DNA from: Candidatus Nanopelagicales bacterium
Lineage (GTDB): Bacteria; Actinomycetota; Actinomycetes; S36-B12
Direction: 5' to 3'
Assembly: GCA_021741645.1 (NCBI GenBank)
Contig: JAIOXK010000001.1
Span: 27,656-91,655 of the forward strand
Length of the DNA: 64,000 nt
The translations under genes and the position numbers were made by a program. Under the pieces are notes generated by a model. That model saw only the letters and a program-made list of their open reading frames with translations, was not told the origin of the DNA and did no database searches. Shown here piece by piece: positions 47,178 through 63,083 of the stretch (within the stretch, counting starts at the first letter, position 1; every line of letters starts with the position of its first letter).

Positions 47178-48571
47178 GTGCCTCGGTGCAGCACGCGCCG
47201 GGTGGTCGCATGAGTCTGGTCACTCGGACCGTTCTCCTGGTGTCCGCCATCGCCACCATCGCTGCGATCATCGCGGGTCTGGCCGCCTACCCGCTCGTGC
47301 GCAACGCGGCGGAGCAGCAGACCCGCTCTGATCTCGTCCGGCTTGCTGACCTCACCGCCACTGCACTTGATCGTGGCGACACCGGCCGTCGGGGCGAGCC
47401 ACTGCCTCGCCCCCTGATCGCGGCGCTGCAGGCCGCTCAGGTGACCGGCTACCTGGTCGCCCCCGGCGGGGAGACGCCTCCCGGGGTTCCATTCAGGCTG
47501 ATGGATCGGGTGATGGCGGGGGAGTCCGTCTCCGGTGAGGGGGAGACCGACGAGGGCACGATCCTCATCGAGGGCCGACCCCTGGCCGCTGGCGGGGCCG
47601 TCATTCTCGAGCAGCCCCTCACCGTGGTGGGTGTCCAGGCGATCGATGCGTTTCGCCGACTGGCGGTCGGGCTGATCGTCGGCCTCCTCATCGCGGTCCC
47701 GATCGGAATCTGGGCGGCGCGCAGGCTCATCCGCCCGCTGCGAGCAGCACGCGATGCAGCGAACCAGATGGCCGCTGGCTCGCGGGACGTGACGCTCGAG
47801 CCGGAAGGCCCCGCAGAGATCGCGGACATCGCGGACAGCCTGAATCACCTGAACATGGCGCTCGTCTCCTCCGAGGGTCGCCAGCGCGAGTTCCTCCTTT
47901 CCGTCTCGCATGAGTTGCGCACGCCGCTCACAGCCGTCAAGGGCTATGCCGAGGCGCTATCGGACGGAGTGATCGCGGGGGAGGACGTCGCCCGCACGGG
48001 CACCACGGTGGCTCTGGAGGCAGCGCGACTGGATCGACTGGTCTCGGACCTGCTCGATCTTGCTCGCCTCGGTGCCGTGGATTTCCACGTCGATCCCGTG
48101 GAAGTGGACCTGACCGAGCTCCTCCGTGACGCCGGGGAGGTATGGCAGGACCGAGCAGAGCGGGACGGACTCTCGGCCACCCTGGAGACGCCCGACGAGC
48201 CGCTTGTTGTCCACACCGACCCCATGCGCGTGCGGCAGATCATCGACAACCTCGCGGAGAACGCGCTGCGGGTGTCACCACCCGACTCGGTGATGGTGCT
48301 GGCCGTGCGGCGTGAGGGCTCCACCGCCGTGGTGGAGGTGCGGGACTCGGGGCCCGGGCTCACGGACGACGATCGCGCCGTCGCCTTCGAGCCGGGGGCC
48401 CTCCATGAGCGATATCGGGGTGTGCGTCCGGTGGGCACGGGCTTGGGACTGGCCCTGGTGGGTCGGCTCGCGGCCGGCCTCGGGGGCAGTGCTGATGTGG
48501 GTCTGGCTGCTGAGGGAGGGGCGCGATTCACGGTGCGACTGCCCTTGGAGCCATCGGTCGCGTTGGACTAG
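47174..48571 (+). CDS. sensor histidine kinase (2 TM, HAMP, HisKA, HATPase_c)
   Basis: 465 aa with H-box SVSHELRTPLTAVKGYAEAL, N-box IIDNLAENALR and G-boxes RDSGPGL and GTGLGLALV. There is an ATGA overlap with the regulator gene. Confidence 0.9.
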   Translation: MSASVQHAPGGRMSLVTRTVLLVSAIATIAAIIAGLAAYPLVRNAAEQQTRSDLVRLADLTATALDRGDTGRRGEPLPRPLIAALQAAQVTGYLVAPGGETPPGVPFRLMDRVMAGESVSGEGETDEGTILIEGRPLAAGGAVILEQPLTVVGVQAIDAFRRLAVGLIVGLLIAVPIGIWAARRLIRPLRAARDAANQMAAGSRDVTLEPEGPAEIADIADSLNHLNMALVSSEGRQREFLLSVSHELRTPLTAVKGYAEALSDGVIAGEDVARTGTTVALEAARLDRLVSDLLDLARLGAVDFHVDPVEVDLTELLRDAGEVWQDRAERDGLSATLETPDEPLVVHTDPMRVRQIIDNLAENALRVSPPDSVMVLAVRREGSTAVVEVRDSGPGLTDDDRAVAFEPGALHERYRGVRPVGTGLGLALVGRLAAGLGGSADVGLAAEGGARFTVRLPLEPSVALD

Positions 48572-48616
48572 TGCCGTCGGGCCCGGAATCTCCCCCCGTC
48601 GTCGTAGGCTGATCGG

Positions 48617-49102
48617 GTGAGCCAGACATCCGTCGTCGAGTCGCCCGTGGCCGACGACGTCGCGATGCCCGAACGCACCGACGAACGGCCGCGAGCACGA
48701 CGCCTGGCTGGTCCGCTCGCCACAGCAGCAGGGTCGCTCGCGGCGCTGGGCTACCTCGCCGCCGTCAACCCGAACGAGCCGGGCCACTATCCGCTGTGTC
48801 CCACCCAGGCGCTCTTCGCGGTGGACTGTCCCGGCTGCGGCATCATGCGCGGGACGCATGACCTGATCACGGGCGACGTCCCGCGCGCGCTTGATCACAA
48901 CGTGCTTCTGGTCGCGCTCGTTCCCCTTGCCGTCGTGCTGTGGGCACGCTGGCTCGTGCGGGCCTGGCGTGGTGTAACCCCGGCTGTCTCCACGAGCCAG
49001 TTCCGGCGTCGCAATCTGGTCATGATCTCGGCCCTGATCGCGATCCTCGTCTTCGGAGTGATCCGCAACTTCGTGCCGTATCTGGGCTCGGGCATCGGAT
49101 AG
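48617..49102 (+). CDS. DUF2752-family membrane protein
   Basis: 161 aa with [23 protein letters not shown] (Cys-rich motif) followed by TM helices. Confidence 0.7.
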   Translation: MSQTSVVESPVADDVAMPERTDERPRARRLAGPLATAAGSLAALGYLAAVNPNEPGHYPLCPTQALFAVDCPGCGIMRGTHDLITGDVPRALDHNVLLVALVPLAVVLWARWLVRAWRGVTPAVSTSQFRRRNLVMISALIAILVFGVIRNFVPYLGSGIG

Positions 49103-49173
49103 GGCAGGGATCGGCGAAGTGCCTGCGAGGGGCAGCGCAGGCGGCTCCTGCAGCACGCCATTACGCTGGCGGA

Positions 49174-49980
49174 GTGAGCGTGCTGGACGACATCGTCGAA
49201 GGTGTCCGCATCGACGTTGCCACACGGATGGAATCGGTCTCGATCGAGGACCTCAAGGAGCGAGCGGCCAGCGTTCCGCCCGCGAGGGACCTGGAGTCCG
49301 TGCTTCGCGGGGACGATGTCTGCGTCATCGCTGAGGTCAAGCGCTCGAGTCCCAGCCGCGGGCCGCTGGCGGAGATCGCCGACCCCGCGGCGCTGGCCAT
49401 GGAGTACGAGGCCGGCGGCGCGCACTGCATCAGTGTCCTGACGGAGGAGCGCCGCTTCGGCGGTTCGCTTGCCGACCTCGCGGCTGTTCGCGCCGCTGTC
49501 GACATTCCGGTCCTCCGCAAGGACTTCATCGTCACCAGCTATCAGCTCTGGGAGGCCAAGGCCTACGGGGCTGACGTCATCCTGCTCATCGTCGCGGCAC
49601 TCGAGCAGGAGGCTCTCGTGAGCCTCATCGAGCGCACTCGGAGTCTTGGGCTCACGGCCCTGGTCGAAGTCCATGACGAGGAGGAGGTCGGCCGAGCGGT
49701 GGCGGCGGGGGCGACGGTGATCGGCGTCAATGCCCGCAACCTCAAGACCCTCGAGGTCGATCGCGGCACCTTCGAACGAGTTGCTCCGTGCATTCCGGAC
49801 TCTGCAGTGAAGATCGCCGAGTCGGGTGTGCGCGATGCCCACGACCTCATCGTGTACGCGGAGGCCGGCGCCAATGCCGTCCTTGTCGGCGAGAGCCTCG
49901 TCACCGGCAAGGATCCGCGAACCGCGGTGCACGACCTTGTCACTGCGGGCGCACATCCAGCCCTTCGGCACGGCAAGTAG
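49174..49980 (+). CDS. trpC: indole-3-glycerol-phosphate synthase
   Basis: ORF 48940..49980 trimmed to GTG 49174 ([11 protein letters not shown]). Motifs [21 protein letters not shown] and GVNARNL. Confidence 0.93.
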   Translation: MSVLDDIVEGVRIDVATRMESVSIEDLKERAASVPPARDLESVLRGDDVCVIAEVKRSSPSRGPLAEIADPAALAMEYEAGGAHCISVLTEERRFGGSLADLAAVRAAVDIPVLRKDFIVTSYQLWEAKAYGADVILLIVAALEQEALVSLIERTRSLGLTALVEVHDEEEVGRAVAAGATVIGVNARNLKTLEVDRGTFERVAPCIPDSAVKIAESGVRDAHDLIVYAEAGANAVLVGESLVTGKDPRTAVHDLVTAGAHPALRHGK

Positions 49981-49993
49981 TGGGAGCTCTCTG

Positions 49994-51208
49994 ATGACTG
50001 CACTGGACCTTCCCCCCGGACACTTCGGCCCCTATGGCGGTCGCTTCGTCCCCGAGGCCCTCACCGCTGCACTGGACGAGCTGGACGCCGCTTTCACCGA
50101 CGCCCTCGCTGACCCCGCATTCGGCGAGGAACTCTCGGAACTGGAGCGCACCTACACCGGCCGACCCAACCCGCTCACGCCTGCGCGGCGTTTCTCCGTG
50201 GAGTGCGGGGGAGCGCGGGTCTACCTCAAGCGCGAGGATCTCAACCACACGGGCTCGCACAAGATCAACAACGTGCTGGGTCAGGCGCTGCTCACCAAGC
50301 GGATGGGCAAGGAGCGGGTGATCGCCGAGACCGGTGCTGGCCAGCACGGCGTTGCGACGGCCACAGCTGCTGCCCTGATGGGTCTGGAGTGCACGGTCTA
50401 CATGGGCGAGGAGGACACCCGGCGCCAGGCGTTGAACGTGGCACGCATGCGCCTGCTGGGTGCCGAGGTGGTGCCCGTGACGGCCGGCAGCCGCACGCTC
50501 AAGGATGCCATCAACGAGGCGATGCGCGACTGGGTCACCACCGTTGATCGGACCCACTACCTGCTGGGCACCGTTACCGGGCCAGCCCCGTTCCCGCGCA
50601 TGGTCCGGCACTTCCACGAAGTGATCGGCCGCGAGGCGCGCGAGCAGATTCTGGCGGCCGAGGGCCGGCTTCCCGATGCGGTCGTGGCCTGCGTGGGCGG
50701 TGGGTCCAACGCCATCGGCCTGTTCAGCGCCTTCCTCGACGACCCTGACGTCCTCCTGCGCGGATATGAGGCTGGGGGTGACGGGGTCGAGACCGGTCGG
50801 CACGCCTCGCGATTCGCGGCCGGCAGCCCGGGAGTACTGCACGGCGCTCGCACCTATGTCATGCAGGACGAATGGGGCCAGACCCTTCCCTCGCACTCGA
50901 TCTCGGCCGGACTCGACTATCCGGGCGTGGGGCCGGAGCACTCGTGGCTCCACGACACGGGTCGAGTGGTGTACGAACCGGTGGTCGATGCCGAGGCGAT
51001 GGCCGCATTCGAGGTGCTGTGCCGCACGGAGGGGATCATTCCGGCGATCGAGACAGCACATGCGCTCGCCGGCGCCATGCGGCTCGGTCGTGAGCTCGGT
51101 CCGGACGCCGTCATCATCGTGAACCTCTCCGGTCGCGGCGACAAGGACGTCGCCACGGCAGCAGCATGGTTCGGCCTCGGCGATGCAGCACCGGTGGGCC
51201 AGCAGTGA
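49994..51208 (+). CDS. trpB: tryptophan synthase beta chain
   Basis: ORF 49826..51208 trimmed to ATG 49994 ([21 protein letters not shown]). Motifs [11 protein letters not shown] (PLP lysine) and GGGSNAIG. Confidence 0.97.
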   Translation: MTALDLPPGHFGPYGGRFVPEALTAALDELDAAFTDALADPAFGEELSELERTYTGRPNPLTPARRFSVECGGARVYLKREDLNHTGSHKINNVLGQALLTKRMGKERVIAETGAGQHGVATATAAALMGLECTVYMGEEDTRRQALNVARMRLLGAEVVPVTAGSRTLKDAINEAMRDWVTTVDRTHYLLGTVTGPAPFPRMVRHFHEVIGREAREQILAAEGRLPDAVVACVGGGSNAIGLFSAFLDDPDVLLRGYEAGGDGVETGRHASRFAAGSPGVLHGARTYVMQDEWGQTLPSHSISAGLDYPGVGPEHSWLHDTGRVVYEPVVDAEAMAAFEVLCRTEGIIPAIETAHALAGAMRLGRELGPDAVIIVNLSGRGDKDVATAAAWFGLGDAAPVGQQ

Positions 51209-52005
51209 GTCGATCCCTTGCACAGGTGTTCGCGGAAGCGAAGGCCGAGGGCCGCGCCGCGCTGATCGGCTACCTGCCGGCGGGGTTCCCGACGGCTGAG
51301 CAGTCCGTGGACATGATCGCCGCGATGGTCGACGGAGGCGTGGACATCGTGGAGGTCGGGCTTCCCTACTCCGACCCGCTGATGGACGGCCCCGATATCC
51401 AGTCGGCCGTCGAGCTTGCGCTGCGCGGCGGTGCCACCACCGATGTCGTGCTGGACGTCGTGCGGCAGGTCAGCGAGTCGGGCACCACGGCCGTGGTGAT
51501 GTCCTACTGGAACCCCATCGAGCGCTACGGGATCGATCGATTCGCCGAGCGGCTCGCGCAGGCTGGTGGGCACGGGGTCATCACGCCGGACCTGACACCG
51601 GAGGAGGCGGGACCCTGGATTGCCGCCACGTCAGCACGTGACCTCGATCGCATCTTCCTGGTCGCGCCGTCCTCCACGGATGCCCGAATCTCGCAGGTGT
51701 CGTCGGTGACCTCGGGCTTCCTCTACGCGGCGTCGACCATGGGGGTCACCGGGGCGCGCACCACGGTCAGCTCGGCTGCGCCGGAACTCGTCGCGCGATC
51801 ACGGCGGTTGACGAAGCTGCCGATCGCTGTCGGCCTGGGGGTGTCCACCGGAGCGCAGGCCGCAGACGTGGCCGCCTTCGCCGACGGCGTCATCGTGGGC
51901 TCGGCGTTCGTCCGGCGCATTCTGCAGGCGGAGACTCCCGCGGAGGCGACCGAGCAGGTCCGCGCACTGGCGCGCGATCTGGCGAGGGGTGTCCGCGGTG
52001 GGTAG
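51205..52005 (+). CDS. trpA: tryptophan synthase alpha chain
   Basis: ORF 51166..52005 trimmed to GTG 51205 (GTGA overlap with trpB). Motifs [18 protein letters not shown] and GFLYAAS. Confidence 0.95.
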   Translation: MSRSLAQVFAEAKAEGRAALIGYLPAGFPTAEQSVDMIAAMVDGGVDIVEVGLPYSDPLMDGPDIQSAVELALRGGATTDVVLDVVRQVSESGTTAVVMSYWNPIERYGIDRFAERLAQAGGHGVITPDLTPEEAGPWIAATSARDLDRIFLVAPSSTDARISQVSSVTSGFLYAASTMGVTGARTTVSSAAPELVARSRRLTKLPIAVGLGVSTGAQAADVAAFADGVIVGSAFVRRILQAETPAEATEQVRALARDLARGVRGG

Positions 52006-52149
52006 CGACGCAGGCACTCGGAACCGTTGCGCCAGCACGAGCGTCAACCCCATGTGGAGATTTCGGGCACGCCGCGTACGGTGTACCGAGCACTGACCGG
52101 CCGCACTCACCTGTGGCAGGCCCGTTGAGGATCTGAGGGAGACAGAACG

Positions 52150-52983
52150 ATGAGCGAGTCCGGCAAGAACCGCCGAGATCGGGCTGCAGCAGCCCGCAAC
52201 GCTGCGCAGTCGCAGGAGCGGCGCCGCGAGCGTATGGTGCGGCTGATCGGCGCGGTAACCGTCGTCGTCGTGGTCGTGGGCATCATCGCCGTCGCACTTC
52301 TCGCCAGGGGATCCTCCGAGTCAACATCGGTCAGCCAGCCGACAGTCAACCCGGATGCGGCGCTTCCCGCAGGAGTCCTGGGGGCCGACAGCGAGCATGC
52401 GTTCGGCGTCCTCTATGGATCTGCATCGGCCGATGCCCCCGTGCTGGAGGTCTGGGAGGACTTCCAGTGCCCGGCTTGCGCCTCGGTCGAGGAGCTGAAC
52501 GGTGCCGGTATTGCGGCCCTCGCGGAAGAGGGCACCGTGCAGCTGATCTGGCGCCCCGCCACGTTCCTGGACCGCGTGAACGAGGGTCGCGATGCGTCAG
52601 TCGCCAACTCCTCAACCCGTGCGACCGCCGCATGGGGCTGCGCCATGGATGCCGGCAAGACGCGCGAGTTCCATGACGCCATCTACGCCAACCAGCCTGC
52701 TGAGGAAGGGGACGGGTGGGTCGACGATCAGTTCATCGCACTCGCGGAGTCCTCGGGCATCACCGGAGCGGATCTGGAGACGTTCGCCTCGTGCGTCGCG
52801 GATGGCACGTACCTGGACTGGGCATCCAGCAGCGGCGCGACCTTCACCACGTCGGGCATCGGCGGAACTCCGTTCGGCGTCCTCGACGGCGTGGAGGTAC
52901 CGACCCAGACGCTCGCCGATGATGCGGCTCTTCGAGCATTGATCTCCGGTGAGGCGCCCGTGGATGAGGCGGACGCGTCCTGA
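52150..52983 (+). CDS. membrane-anchored DsbA-family thiol:disulfide oxidoreductase
   Basis: 277 aa with an N-terminal TM anchor and the thioredoxin-fold active site FQCPACA. Confidence 0.8.
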   Translation: MSESGKNRRDRAAAARNAAQSQERRRERMVRLIGAVTVVVVVVGIIAVALLARGSSESTSVSQPTVNPDAALPAGVLGADSEHAFGVLYGSASADAPVLEVWEDFQCPACASVEELNGAGIAALAEEGTVQLIWRPATFLDRVNEGRDASVANSSTRATAAWGCAMDAGKTREFHDAIYANQPAEEGDGWVDDQFIALAESSGITGADLETFASCVADGTYLDWASSSGATFTTSGIGGTPFGVLDGVEVPTQTLADDAALRALISGEAPVDEADAS

Positions 52984-53846
52984 TCCCCTTCGGCATTCCG
53001 AGTCCCGAGGTAAGCGTCTGGTACCTCGGGCCGGTGCCGCTGCGCGCCTATGCGCTGCTCATCGTGGCGGGCATCATCGTGGCGGTCTGGTGGGGAAGTC
53101 GTCGCTATGAGGCTCGCGGGGGTTCCAAGGGCGCCATCCTTGACGTTGCCGTGTGGGCCGTGCCGTTCGGCATCGTCGGGGGGCGTCTGTACCACGTCAT
53201 CTCGGACAACCAGCTGTACTTCGGGCCCGGGGGCTCGGGGCTGGCCGGTGCCGTGCGCATCTGGGACGGCGGGCTGGGCATCTGGGGAGCCGTGGCCCTG
53301 GGCGCTCTGGGTGCCTGGATCGGGGCCCGTCGTGCTGGCATCCAGCTGCCGCCGGTCGCCGACGCCATCGCCCCGGGCATCGCGCTGGCCCAGGCGATCG
53401 GGCGATGGGGCAACTGGTTCAACTCCGAGCTCTTCGGGGCGCCGACCGATGTGCCCTGGGGCCTGGAGATCGCTGTCGGGAATCGGCCCAGCGGGTACGA
53501 GGAGTTCGCGACCTTCCATCCGACCTTCCTGTACGAGTCGCTCTGGCTGATCGGCATGGTGCTGGTCCTCGTCTGGGCGGATCGACGGTTCCAGATGGGA
53601 CACGGCCGGGTCTTCGCGCTCTACGTCCTGCTCTACACCGGAGGCCGTGTGTGGATCGAGGCGCTGCGCATCGACACCGCCAACACCATCTTCGGCCTGC
53701 GCCTGAACATCTGGACGTCGCTGCTCGTGGGTCTGGGCGCGCTGCTGTACCTCGTGATCTCGGCTCGCCGGCATCCCGGCCGTGAGACCAGCCTCACTCG
53801 GCCGTCAAGGCGGTCGGACGAGCCGGATACCTCTCCTGTCGGGTAG
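52980..53846 (+). CDS. lgt: prolipoprotein diacylglyceryl transferase; start codon uncertain
   Basis: The ORF track starts at GTG 53034. However, the in-frame upstream sequence encodes LIPFGIPSPEVSVWYLGP, matching the conserved Lgt N-terminus (IPSP...GVWYLGP as in mycobacterial and streptomycete Lgt). The only starts upstream are CTG 52980, ATC 52983 and ATT 52995. Core motifs are GGRLYH and RWGNWFNSELFG. Confidence 0.9.
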   Translation: MIPFGIPSPEVSVWYLGPVPLRAYALLIVAGIIVAVWWGSRRYEARGGSKGAILDVAVWAVPFGIVGGRLYHVISDNQLYFGPGGSGLAGAVRIWDGGLGIWGAVALGALGAWIGARRAGIQLPPVADAIAPGIALAQAIGRWGNWFNSELFGAPTDVPWGLEIAVGNRPSGYEEFATFHPTFLYESLWLIGMVLVLVWADRRFQMGHGRVFALYVLLYTGGRVWIEALRIDTANTIFGLRLNIWTSLLVGLGALLYLVISARRHPGRETSLTRPSRRSDEPDTSPVG

Positions 53847-53888
53847 CATGAGGGGGTTCGGGCCAACGTCGTCCCGTCGCGTGTGCTT

Positions 53889-53931
53889 GTAGTTCACGTG
53901 AGTGTGCAGTTCACATGCGTCGGTAGTTCAC
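53889..53931 (+). promoter_or_regulatory. three direct repeats G(T/C)AGTTCAC spaced exactly 17 bp apart, upstream of gltB
   Basis: GTAGTTCAC at 53889-53897, GCAGTTCAC at 53906-53914 and GTAGTTCAC at 53923-53931, lying 40-82 bp upstream of the gltB ATG 53971 in a locally lower-GC stretch. Confidence 0.5.
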
Positions 53932-53970
53932 TTTCGGGTGCTCCTCCGGCGAAGTCCGGACGACGACAGG

Positions 53971-58552
<4,582 letters not shown>

Positions 58553-58560
<8 letters not shown>

Positions 58561-60007
58561 TCCGCGAGGTTTTCTGACCACCGAACGGGAGCTGCCTGCT
58601 CGACGTCCCGTGGATGTCCGCATCCAGGACTGGCGAGAGGTGTACGAGCCGTTCGAGGCCGAGAGTCTGGAAAAGCAGGCCGGACGCTGCATGGACTGCG
58701 GAATCCCGTTCTGCCACAACGGGTGTCCGCTCGGCAATCTCATTCCCGAGTGGAACGACCTGGTGTGGCATCACGACTGGCGTGATGCCATCGAGCGGCT
58801 GCACGCGACCAACAACTTTCCCGAGTTCACCGGGCGGCTGTGCCCCGCTCCGTGCGAGACAGCATGCGTTCTGGGCATCAACCAGGATCCCGTGACGATC
58901 AAGCAGGTCGAGGTATCCATCGTCGACCGGGCGTGGGACGAGGGTTGGGTGACCCCGCAGCCACCGGACCGACTCACGGGCAAGACCGTTGCGGTCATCG
59001 GATCGGGGCCGGCCGGCCTGGCCGCCGCCCAGCAGCTGGCTCGAGCAGGTCACACGGTGGCGGTGTTCGAGCGCGCCGACCGCATTGGCGGGCTCCTGCG
59101 CTACGGGATCCCGGAGTTCAAGATGGAGAAGCGCCATCTGGACCGCCGCCTCACGCAGATGGCGGCCGAGGGCGTCAAGTTCCGTCCGGGCGTCGAGGTG
59201 GGCATCGACATCACCGGCCAGGACCTGCGCCAGCGCTACGACGCCGTGGTCGTTGCCGTGGGCGCCACCCAGTGGCGCGACCTCGAGGTCCCCGGCCGCG
59301 AGCTGTCGGGCATCTATCAGGCCATGGAGTTCCTCCCGCTCGCCAACCGGGTGCAGGAGGGCGACTTCGAGCAGGCGCCGATCGATGTGGCAGGCAAGCA
59401 TGTGGTGATCCTCGGTGGTGGGGATACCGGAGCGGACTGCCTGGGCACCTCGCATCGTCAGGGGGCCGCCTCGGTCACCCAGCTGGAGATCATGCCGACT
59501 CCGCCAGAGTCTCGTCCCGAGGGTCAGCCATGGCCGACATACCCCATGACGTACCGGGTATCGAGCGCCCATGAGGAGGGTGGCGAGCGGGTCTTCGCGG
59601 TATCCACGGAGCGATTCCTGGACGACGGCCACGGCAATGTCCGAGCGCTGGAACTGGTCGAGGTGGAGGCGCACGAGGGGGGCTTCCGACCCGTGGAGGG
59701 CTCGCGTCGCGAGATTCCCGCGGACGTCGTCTTCCTCGCCATGGGCTTCGTCGGCCCGGAGGCCGGCAGCATCAGCGAGCAGCTGGGCCTTCCGGTGACC
59801 GATCGCGGGGCACTGGCGCGCGAGGCCGACTACTCGACCCCGGTGCCGGGAGTCTTCGTGGCGGGCGATGCCGGCCGCGGGCAGTCGCTCATCGTCTGGG
59901 CCATCGCCGAGGGACGGGCGGCGGCTGCCAGCGTGGATGCCTTCCTGATGGGCTCGACGAACCTGCCCTCGCCGATCCCGTCCACGGCTCGCCAGCTGCT
60001 GGTCTGA
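58553..60007 (+). CDS. gltD: glutamate synthase (NADPH) small subunit
   Basis: ORF 58352..60007 trimmed to ATG 58553 (MADPRGFL). Motifs [17 protein letters not shown] and the Rossmann folds [14 protein letters not shown] and [12 protein letters not shown]. It overlaps gltB by 8 nt. Confidence 0.95.
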
Positions 60008-60047
60008 CGGCGTCGGGATGCAATCGCTTACGGATAGGGTGTGAGGC

Positions 60048-61481
60048 ATGCGTCGCGCCAAGATCGTTGCCACCCTCGGACCGGCCACAAGCACCGCTGC
60101 AGCGATCGAGGGGCTGGTCGCGGCGGGCATGGACGTCGCCCGACTGAACCTGTCACATGGCGACTATGCCGACCACGAGTCCGTCTATGCGCTGGTTCGG
60201 GCGGCCTCGGATGCGGCCGGCCGCGGAGTAGGCATCCTGGTCGATCTGCAAGGGCCGAAGATCCGACTCGGCAGGTTCGCCTCCGGTCCGGTGCTGCTGG
60301 AGTCCGGCGATGTCTTCATCGTCACCACAGACGATGTCCCCGGCGACCGCGAGAAGGTGTCGACGACATACGCAGGACTCCCGGGAGACGTCTCGGTGGG
60401 GGATGTCGTGCTCGTCGATGACGGGCGCATCGAGCTGCGGGTGACCAAGGTCGAGGGCAATGACGTGCACACGGTCGTGGTCGAGGGGGGTCGGGTCTCG
60501 GACAACAAGGGATTCAACCTGCCCGGTGTCGCGGTGAGCGTCCCAGCCCTGTCGGACAAGGACAAGGCCGATCTCCGCTGGGCGCTGCGCACCGGCGCCG
60601 ACATGATCGCCCTGTCCTTCGTGCGATCGGCCGCTGACATCGTCGATGTGCACGCCATCATGGACGAGGAGGGGATTCGGCTTCCGGTGCTGGCCAAGGT
60701 CGAGAAGCCGCAGGCCATCGAGAACCTCGAGGAGATCATCGCGGCCTTCGACGGCGTGATGGTGGCGCGTGGAGACCTAGGGGTCGAGCTTCCCCTGGAG
60801 GCCGTCCCGCTCGTCCAGAAGCGGGCGATCCAGCTGTGTCGTGAGGCGTCCAAGCCGGTCATCGTCGCGACCCAGATGCTCGATTCCATGGCCGTCGCCA
60901 ATCGGCCTACCCGGGCCGAGGCGAGCGATGTGGCCAACGCGGTCCTCGACGGTGCCGATGCGCTGATGCTGTCCGGCGAGACGAGCGTCGGCCATCATCC
61001 GAATCTGGTCGTCGAGACCATGGCTCGCATCATCGAGCACGTCGAGACCTGGGCCCTCCATGAGCTCCCCAATCTCTCGGACCCCTGGACCGGCTCCACG
61101 GCGCGCGCCCTCACGCACGCGGCCGTGGGTGTTGCCGAGGGGGTCGATGCGACCCACCTGATCGCCTTCACCGAGACCGGCTCGTCCGCTCGCCTGATCG
61201 CACGCTGGCGCAGTCGCACTCCGATCCTCGCCTTCACTCCGAATCCGCGCACTCGAAGCATGCTCTCTCTCGTGTGGGGTGTGGAGACTTTCCTGGTGGC
61301 GCAGGTCAAGCACACCGACGACATGGTCCGTCAGGTGGACAAGGCCCTTCTCGACATCGGCCGCGCCACGATCGGCGACCGCGTCGTGATCGTCGCCGGT
61401 GTGCCCCCGGGCGTTCCGGGCACGACCAACGGCATGCGGGTCCACAAGATGGGCAGTGCAGGCCCCGCCAGTGGGGTGTGA
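60048..61481 (+). CDS. pyk: pyruvate kinase
   Basis: 477 aa with MRRAKIVATLGPA, NLSHG, MVARGDLGVE and ATQMLDSM motifs. Confidence 0.97.
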   Translation: MRRAKIVATLGPATSTAAAIEGLVAAGMDVARLNLSHGDYADHESVYALVRAASDAAGRGVGILVDLQGPKIRLGRFASGPVLLESGDVFIVTTDDVPGDREKVSTTYAGLPGDVSVGDVVLVDDGRIELRVTKVEGNDVHTVVVEGGRVSDNKGFNLPGVAVSVPALSDKDKADLRWALRTGADMIALSFVRSAADIVDVHAIMDEEGIRLPVLAKVEKPQAIENLEEIIAAFDGVMVARGDLGVELPLEAVPLVQKRAIQLCREASKPVIVATQMLDSMAVANRPTRAEASDVANAVLDGADALMLSGETSVGHHPNLVVETMARIIEHVETWALHELPNLSDPWTGSTARALTHAAVGVAEGVDATHLIAFTETGSSARLIARWRSRTPILAFTPNPRTRSMLSLVWGVETFLVAQVKHTDDMVRQVDKALLDIGRATIGDRVVIVAGVPPGVPGTTNGMRVHKMGSAGPASGV

Positions 61482-61498
61482 CGAACCGATGTCTCGGC

Positions 61499-61525
61499 GC
61501 ACGAGTGGACGGTCGTCCCTCGTGC
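61499..61525 (+). terminator. GC-rich hairpin downstream of pyk (candidate intrinsic terminator without a U-tract)
   Basis: GCACGAG-T-GGAC-GGTC-GTCC-C-CTCGTGC, 18 nt after the pyk stop. Confidence 0.45.
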
Positions 61526-61545
61526 ACTAGGCTGCTGCTGTTTGA

Positions 61546-63082
<1,537 letters not shown>

Positions 63083-63083
<1 letters not shown>

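Noticed and set aside
53889-53931. Interpreting the gltB repeats as GlnR or AmtR boxes
   Set aside because: The unit sequence and the 17-bp period do not fit the consensus spacing I recall for either regulator. They are reported as an unassigned operator instead.
53902-53970. GTG 53902 as the gltB start (ORF-track coordinate)
   Set aside because: It would place the start inside the AGTTCAC repeat array and add a Cys/His/Arg-rich 23 aa. ATG 53971 gives a propeptide length similar to known GltB before the catalytic Cys.
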